Positions 26,548 through 32,000 of a stretch of 32,000 bases of DNA are shown piece by piece. Position numbers and translations under genes: made by a program. Each line of letters starts with the position of its first letter. Position 1 is the stretch's first letter. The stretch comes from Nostoc sp. PCC 7120 = FACHB-418. GTDB lineage: Bacteria > Cyanobacteriota > Cyanobacteriia > Cyanobacteriales > Nostocaceae. The notes under the pieces were generated by a model, which made no database searches, had not been told where the DNA came from, and saw nothing but the letters and a program-made list of their open reading frames with translations. The stretch is from the NCBI RefSeq assembly GCF_000009705.1, contig NC_003272.1, positions 600,001-632,000 on the forward strand, given 5' to 3'.

Positions 26548-27261
26548 ATGGCATTACCTTTACTGGAATACAAACCCACAACTCAAAATCAACGAGTTCA
26601 GAGTTTTGGGACGGCTGATGTCAATGAGGACACCCCTTATATCTACCGTCTAGAAAATGCCAACTCTCCCAGTGAAATTGAAGAACTGATTTGGGCTGCC
26701 TATCGCCAAGTCTTTAACGAACAAGAGATTCTCAAGTTCAACAGACAAATCGGCTTAGAAACTCAACTCAAAAATCGGTCAATCACAGTTAAGGATTTTA
26801 TTCGGGGTTTAGCCAAATCAGAACGCTTTTATCAGCTAGTTGTCACACCTAACAACAACTATCGGCTGGTGGAAATGAGCCTCAAGCGGCTATTGGGACG
26901 ATCTCCCTATAACGAAGAAGAAAAAATTGCTTGGTCAATTCAAATTGCCAGCAAAGGTTGGGGAGGATTTGTTGATGCTCTGATTGATAGTACAGAGTAT
27001 GAACAAGCCTTCGGTGATAATACCGTACCCTACCAACGCAAACGGTTGACAACAGACCGACCATTCAGCTTTACACCCCGTTATGGTGCAGATTACCGCG
27101 ATCGCGCTGGTATTGTTAGACCAGGACGTATGAGCAACTGGAATAACAGCGCCAACCAAAATTATGATGGGGTGGCAATATTAGGCGTATTGCTAGCCAT
27201 CAGCGCCGGAATGACTTTTCTATTCGTCCTAAATTGGTTGGGAATCAGTTCTAGCTTCTGA
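26548..27261 (+). CDS. cpcG3: CpcG3 / CpcL-type rod linker with hydrophobic C-terminal membrane anchor
   Basis: CpcG-type linker domain plus the C-terminal tail [30 protein letters not shown] (nt 27169-27258), which is absent from the three paralogs. Confidence 0.9.
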
Positions 27262-27370
27262 ACCTAATGCGGGAAAATAAGTAAAGCATGAAGGAGGATT
27301 TTGAGAAATCAAACCTCTTTCACTTAACAAAGCTAGCTGTTTAACTTTTTAATAAGGGGAATAACTCAGC

Positions 27371-28132
27371 ATGGCACTGCCATTACTCCAATACAAACCA
27401 AGCTCTCAAAATCACCGGGTTACCAGCTTCGGTGCAGCTGACCAAAATGAAGATACACCATACATCTATCGTATAGAAGATGTCAGCTCATACACTGATA
27501 TTCAAAACATCATTTGGGCTTCCTATCGCCAAGTCTTCAGCGAACATGAAATCCTCAAATTCAACCGCCAAAAAACCCTGGAATCCCAGGTAAAGAACGG
27601 TTCTATTTCTGTCAGAGATTTCATTCGTGGTTTAGCTAAGTCTGAAGCCTTCTACCGTTTAGTAGTCTCCGTTAACAACAACTACCGCCTAGTTGACATC
27701 ACCCTCAAGCGCCTGTTGGGTCGTTCTTCTTACAACAAAGACGAGCAAATCGCTTGGTCTATTGTTATCGGTACTAAAGGTTTTAGCGGTTTTGTTGATG
27801 CACTCATCGACAGTGAAGAGTACACCAAGAACTTTGGCGAAAATATTGTACCTTACCAACGCAAACGGATGGAAGGTCGTCCCCACAACTTGGTAACACC
27901 ACGCTACGGCGAAGACTTCCAAGAAAAAGCAGGCACAGTTCAAACCGACTGGCGCTTCACCTTGGACAAATTCTACAGCCGCAAGTCCCAAGAAAAACAA
28001 CTGCGCGAAGGCGACCCTCGGAAGTTTGCAGATTTGGCAGCGTCAGTTGGTAACCAAGGTAACTACGCTCAAAGAATCTCTGCTTTTGATATTGACTATC
28101 TAAATGCAGTGCCAAACCGTAGCAGACGCTAA
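27371..28132 (+). CDS. cpcG4: Phycobilisome rod-core linker CpcG4
   Basis: Paralog: [51 protein letters not shown]. Confidence 0.9.
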   Translation: MALPLLQYKPSSQNHRVTSFGAADQNEDTPYIYRIEDVSSYTDIQNIIWASYRQVFSEHEILKFNRQKTLESQVKNGSISVRDFIRGLAKSEAFYRLVVSVNNNYRLVDITLKRLLGRSSYNKDEQIAWSIVIGTKGFSGFVDALIDSEEYTKNFGENIVPYQRKRMEGRPHNLVTPRYGEDFQEKAGTVQTDWRFTLDKFYSRKSQEKQLREGDPRKFADLAASVGNQGNYAQRISAFDIDYLNAVPNRSRR

Positions 28133-28161
28133 GATTTAAAATCTGAGTGTCTAAGTTTGAT

Positions 28162-28257
28162 ACTGGGTCTAGTTTTTGCGTTGATGTGACGAAAAGTTTG
28201 CAGTTTCTCTGTTGGCTGGGCGTAACATTGGGTGGAGACTAGACCCAGTTGTTTTTA
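28162..28257 (+). terminator. Long-range inverted repeat followed by a T-run, downstream of cpcG4 (candidate end of the operon)
   Basis: actgggtctagt (28162-28173) and actagacccagt (28238-28249) are exact reverse complements. The second arm is followed by TGTTTTTAG. The 64-nt loop is unusually large for an intrinsic terminator. Confidence 0.35.
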
Positions 28258-28292
28258 GGGGTGTAGGGTTGCGTAAGTTCTAGCTTCGTTCA

Positions 28293-29105
28293 CTATATTT
28301 TTTGACCACTGACGAAAAAAGTTAAATTTTCGTACCACACACCTTGCTCTGTTGCTTTCGCCTCAATTTCTCGACAATATTCTGCTTGCAACTTTTCCAT
28401 CTGTTCTAATGACAGATTTAAAAGAGGATTTTCTCTGGGGTGGAACCATCCGCCATTCCATCCTCTAGCTTGCTCTAGGGTGCGGTAGAAACCGAGTTGC
28501 TGAGTTTTCACTTCAATATTTTTAAAACCAGCTGCCTGTATGAGATGATGACACTTTTCGATAGTGCCTGTTGGTTCATTGATATTAATGAGTAAAATGT
28601 CATTTTCTGCACAAGCTTTAATCAGAGTTGGTGCTTCGCATGACTCTTGAGAACAACAAGAAAATCCTACTATTCCACCTTTTTTGAGAAACCGATACCA
28701 CTTACCTAAAGCTGCTGGAATATCTTGGAAATAGACTATGGCTGTAGAACAAAGAATAACATCAAAACTTTCATCTTCAAAATTGATGTATTCGGCATCT
28801 GCTTCTATTAATTCGATATTTTGCCACCCTAATGTTTTAATCTTCTCTTGTGCTTGAGCCAGCATTCCTGAGGAAAAATCTACGCCAATTACCTTGCCAG
28901 TAGAACCAACAATTTCAGCAGCAGCGATCGCCATAATACCCGTCCCCGTCGCCAAATCCAAGACTTTTTGCCCAGTTTTTAGGGGAATCAGTTCTAATAA
29001 AGGCAGAGCGCGACGAATTGTATAATCGTTGTCGTAACTGGTTCTACTGTCGAAAAAGTTGATTACGTCAGTCTTATATTTTTGCTCGTATTCTCTGTTA
29101 TCCAT
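28293..29105 (-). CDS. Class I SAM-dependent methyltransferase (Methyltransf_11-like)
   Basis: The SAM-binding motif I is VLDLATGTGIMAI. Further motifs are DVILCSTAIVYF and LKKGGIVGF. Confidence 0.75.
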   Translation of the reverse strand: MDNREYEQKYKTDVINFFDSRTSYDNDYTIRRALPLLELIPLKTGQKVLDLATGTGIMAIAAAEIVGSTGKVIGVDFSSGMLAQAQEKIKTLGWQNIELIEADAEYINFEDESFDVILCSTAIVYFQDIPAALGKWYRFLKKGGIVGFSCCSQESCEAPTLIKACAENDILLININEPTGTIEKCHHLIQAAGFKNIEVKTQQLGFYRTLEQARGWNGGWFHPRENPLLNLSLEQMEKLQAEYCREIEAKATEQGVWYENLTFFVSGQKI

Positions 29106-29109
29106 AAAT

Positions 29110-29748
29110 CTAATTACTTGTTAAATGTCTAATTTCTGCTTGTAAATTAGCTCTAGCAGATTCTTCACCAACTTCATACATCAAAGGCGTGAAATATATA
29201 CGCTGTCTTTGCAAAAATTTTTCTAAAACTCGTGTGCGCCCTTGAATATAATCAATTTCTGATACCCAAGCATATTCTTGGCGGATAGCGTGAGCATATT
29301 CTTGATAATCAACTCGGTTAGTCGCCAAAATTGCCAAATCAGCATCTAATAAAACTTGACTATCAATATCATCAGCTTGGTGATGCTTGGTGCTGAGGAT
29401 GAGGCGCTTCACTTTGGTTATGCAGCTGAGGGGAATACCTAAACTCTGGAGTGCTGCACCAGCATAGTCAGAGCTTTTTTCCTCATTGTCTTGAGCTTGA
29501 GTATCATAAATTACATCGTGAAACCAAGCCGCAAGTTCCACCCCAGGTAAGTCTTGAGCGTAAGTTCCTAAAGTCTGGATTGTCTGGAGGACACAACTAA
29601 TATGCTTTAGGGTGTGGTAGTGGCGACTAGGGGAAGAATAAGCTTGAATCAAGTGGGTAAATACCTGGGTGGCAGATGTCTTGTCCACTCCAAAGTTTTG
29701 TAGTGTTTGCTGCCATTGGTAATCTAGGAAATTTTCTGCTGTCGGCAT
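29110..29748 (-). CDS. HD-superfamily metal-dependent phosphohydrolase (COG4339-like)
   Basis: The motifs RHYHTLKHI and AAWFHDVIYD carry the H...HD metal-binding residues. The gene ends 4 bp upstream of the methyltransferase start. Confidence 0.65.
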   Translation of the reverse strand: MPTAENFLDYQWQQTLQNFGVDKTSATQVFTHLIQAYSSPSRHYHTLKHISCVLQTIQTLGTYAQDLPGVELAAWFHDVIYDTQAQDNEEKSSDYAGAALQSLGIPLSCITKVKRLILSTKHHQADDIDSQVLLDADLAILATNRVDYQEYAHAIRQEYAWVSEIDYIQGRTRVLEKFLQRQRIYFTPLMYEVGEESARANLQAEIRHLTSN

Positions 29749-29975
29749 TAGAGATAGTTAGTCGTTAAAACTCCCCCATTTAGAAAACCTGGCTTTTAAG
29801 CTTCAGGTCTCGTAATACTAATTTTTATCATCGTTGTCCTACTTGAATAAGTATAGGACTGTTGCAAACTGCAATTTTAAATCGCTTATGGGTGGTGACG
29901 ATAAAATTGACGAGTCACAATAGAAAACACGGACTTTATATATAAAGTCTGAAATTAACTCAGGAGTTCCTATCA

Positions 29976-32000
29976 GTGGTATTACAAGTACAAACCAGCA
30001 CCTACGAAGCGAAAACTCAAGAAATTGCTAGACAATTATTAGGAGCAACTCAAGAAAATCGCTCGTTTTTTGCTTCTTTACGTGATCAAATGCGTTGGGA
30101 TGACAAATTACTGGCTTGGGCGATGAGTAATCCCGGTTTACGGGTGCAATTATTTCGGTTTATTGATACTTTACCCGCATTGCATAGTAAAGCGGAAATT
30201 GCTGCACATTTACAAGAATATTTAGGGGATGAATCTGTCGAACTTCCCGCCGCTTTAAAGGGAATGCTCAATTTTGCTAACCCTGACTCTGTGCCGGGAC
30301 AAGTGGCTGCAACTACCGTCTCTACAGCAGTTGAGACTTTAGCTCATAAATATATTTCTGGTGAAAATATTAAACAAGTCATCAAGACAGTTGAACGACT
30401 ACGGAAAGAAAAAATGGCCTTCACCATTGATTTACTTGGTGAGGCGGTAATTACAGAAACAGAGGCGCAATCTTATCTAGAACGGTATCTAGAATTAATT
30501 GCTCAATTAACAGAAGCATCGAAGAATTGGGGAACTATTGCGGCTATTGATGAAGCAGATGGCGAACAGCTAGCAAAAGTCCAGGTTTCTGTCAAACTAA
30601 CAGCGTTTTATTCCCAATTTGACCCATTGGATGCTAAAGGTAGTGAGGAGAAAGTTAGCGATCGCATTCGTATTTTATTACGTCGTGCTAAGGAGTTAGG
30701 GGCAGCTATCCATTTTGATATGGAACAGTATGCTTATAAAGACTTAACTTTAAATATTTTGCAAAAAATCTTATTAGAAGATGAGTTTCGTCAACGCACA
30801 GATATTGGCATCACAATTCAAGCATACCTAAGAGATAGTGAGCAAGATGCCAGAAATGCGATCGCTTGGTTGAAACAGCGCGGTTATCCTTTAACTATTA
30901 GGCTGGTAAAAGGGGCGTATTGGGATCAAGAAACTATTAAAGCTGCACAAAAACATTGGCCGCAGCCTGTTTTTAATGATAAAGCAGCGACAGATGCCAA
31001 TTTTGAGGCGATAACTCAGTTATTACTGGAAAATCACCAATATGTTTATTCTGCCATTGGTAGCCATAATGTGCGATCGCAAGCTTTAGCTATGGCAATT
31101 GCGGAAACTTTGAATGTCCCCCGGCGGCGGTTTGAGATGCAGGTGCTGTACGGGATGGGGGATAAGTTAGCGAAGGCTTTGGTTGATCGGGGTTATCGGG
31201 TGCGGGTTTATTGTCCTTATGGTGACTTATTACCGGGGATGGCTTACCTGATTCGGCGATTGTTGGAAAATACGGCGAATAGTTCGTTTTTACGGCAGAA
31301 TTTGGAGAATCGGCCGGTTGAGGAGTTGCTGGCAGCGCCGAAAGTTGATTTAGCCCAGGCAAAGGTGCATTCGCCGGAGGCATTCCCACAGGGTAAACAC
31401 TTTGTGGGGGCTGCGGATACAGATTATGCAGAGGAGGAGGACAGAACAAAGGCGGCGCGGGCTTTTGCTGTGGTACGTGGGGAGTTAGGCAAGACTTACT
31501 TACCTCTAATTAATGGGGAGTATGTGCAGACTGCTGAGGTGATTGATTCTGTTAATCCTTCTAATTTTAGTGAGGTGATTGGCAAGGTTGGATTGATTAG
31601 TGTGGAACAGGCAGAACAGGCGATGCAGGCGGCGAAGGCGGCTTTTCCTGGTTGGCGGCGCACGTCGGTGAAGGAACGGGCGGGGATTTTGCGTCGGGCT
31701 GGTGATTTGATGGAACAGCGCCGGGCGGAATTGTCGGCTTGGATAGTTTTAGAGGTGGGGAAACCTGTTAAAGAAGCAGATGGGGAGGTTTCGGAGGCGA
31801 TAGATTTTTGCCGCTATTATGCTGATGAGATGGAACGGTTGCATCAAGGTATAAATTATGATGTAGATGGGGAAACGAATCGTTATATTTACCAGCCACG
31901 GGGTATTGTGGTAGTGATTTCTCCTTGGAATTTTCCTTTAGCGATCGCCTGTGGAATGACTGTTGCAGCCTTAGTTACAGGCAATTGTACTCTGCTAAAG
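29976..32000 (+). CDS. putA: Bifunctional proline dehydrogenase / L-glutamate gamma-semialdehyde (P5C) dehydrogenase PutA, 3' end beyond the window
   Basis: The frame is open from GTG 29976 (CAGGAG 9 nt upstream; in-frame TAA at 29943) to the window end, 675 codons. The PRODH part contains AYLIRRLLENTANSSFLRQ. The ALDH part starts near YQPRGIVVVISPWNFPLAIA. It is absent from the ORF track because no stop lies inside the window. Confidence 0.88.
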   Translation, partial: MVLQVQTSTYEAKTQEIARQLLGATQENRSFFASLRDQMRWDDKLLAWAMSNPGLRVQLFRFIDTLPALHSKAEIAAHLQEYLGDESVELPAALKGMLNFANPDSVPGQVAATTVSTAVETLAHKYISGENIKQVIKTVERLRKEKMAFTIDLLGEAVITETEAQSYLERYLELIAQLTEASKNWGTIAAIDEADGEQLAKVQVSVKLTAFYSQFDPLDAKGSEEKVSDRIRILLRRAKELGAAIHFDMEQYAYKDLTLNILQKILLEDEFRQRTDIGITIQAYLRDSEQDARNAIAWLKQRGYPLTIRLVKGAYWDQETIKAAQKHWPQPVFNDKAATDANFEAITQLLLENHQYVYSAIGSHNVRSQALAMAIAETLNVPRRRFEMQVLYGMGDKLAKALVDRGYRVRVYCPYGDLLPGMAYLIRRLLENTANSSFLRQNLENRPVEELLAAPKVDLAQAKVHSPEAFPQGKHFVGAADTDYAEEEDRTKAARAFAVVRGELGKTYLPLINGEYVQTAEVIDSVNPSNFSEVIGKVGLISVEQAEQAMQAAKAAFPGWRRTSVKERAGILRRAGDLMEQRRAELSAWIVLEVGKPVKEADGEVSEAIDFCRYYADEMERLHQGINYDVDGETNRYIYQPRGIVVVISPWNFPLAIACGMTVAALVTGNCTLLK

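Noticed and set aside
25418-28000. Internal or antisense ORFs inside the cpcG1, cpcG3 and cpcG4 genes (25418-25606, 25488-25754, 25778-25960, 26882-27159, 27689-28000)
   Set aside because: All overlap strongly supported linker genes in other frames and have no motifs.
31090-31449. 119-aa proline-rich minus-strand ORF (and the 61-aa ORF at 30086-30271)
   Set aside because: Both lie antisense inside the strongly supported putA reading frame. The low-complexity composition is typical of an antisense artefact.

Overview
The window looks like chromosomal DNA from a heterocyst-forming cyanobacterium close to Nostoc/Anabaena sp. PCC 7120. The basis is frequent HIP1 palindromes (GCGATCGC, e.g. 3541-3548, 6048-6055, 13751-13758), STRR heptamer repeats, a patA-type PATAN-REC regulator, and the gene order. 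About 16.4-28.1 kb is the complete phycobilisome rod supercluster pecBACEF-cpcBACDEF-cpcG1G2G3G4, 15 genes all on the + strand. Its intercistronic spacers carry stem-loops and heptamer repeats, including a perfect 26-copy GGGGATT array between pecE and pecF. From 5.2 to 15.5 kb are housekeeping genes: tRNA-Val, a DUF2227-like protein, mazG, a thioredoxin-fold protein, an HLIP, thyX, an untracked 56-aa Psb34-like ORF, a PfkB sugar kinase, tRNA-His, cbiX, cobA, patA and rluD. From 28.3 to 32.0 kb are a methyltransferase/HD-hydrolase pair and the 5' two thirds of putA. The only accessory-looking part is the first ~5.1 kb. It holds a Uma2-type endonuclease fragment, then an intact, translationally coupled ABC/OLD-like ATPase plus DUF4276 (Toprim-like) gene pair. 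That pair sits 6 bp upstream of a type I restriction hsdR broken by a 10-bp tandem duplication and a further 1-nt frameshift, and the block ends at the 3' end of tRNA-Val. The ATPase/DUF4276 pair is my best candidate for an uncharacterised conflict (anti-phage) module. All calls come from reading the sequence and ORF translations; no database search was run.
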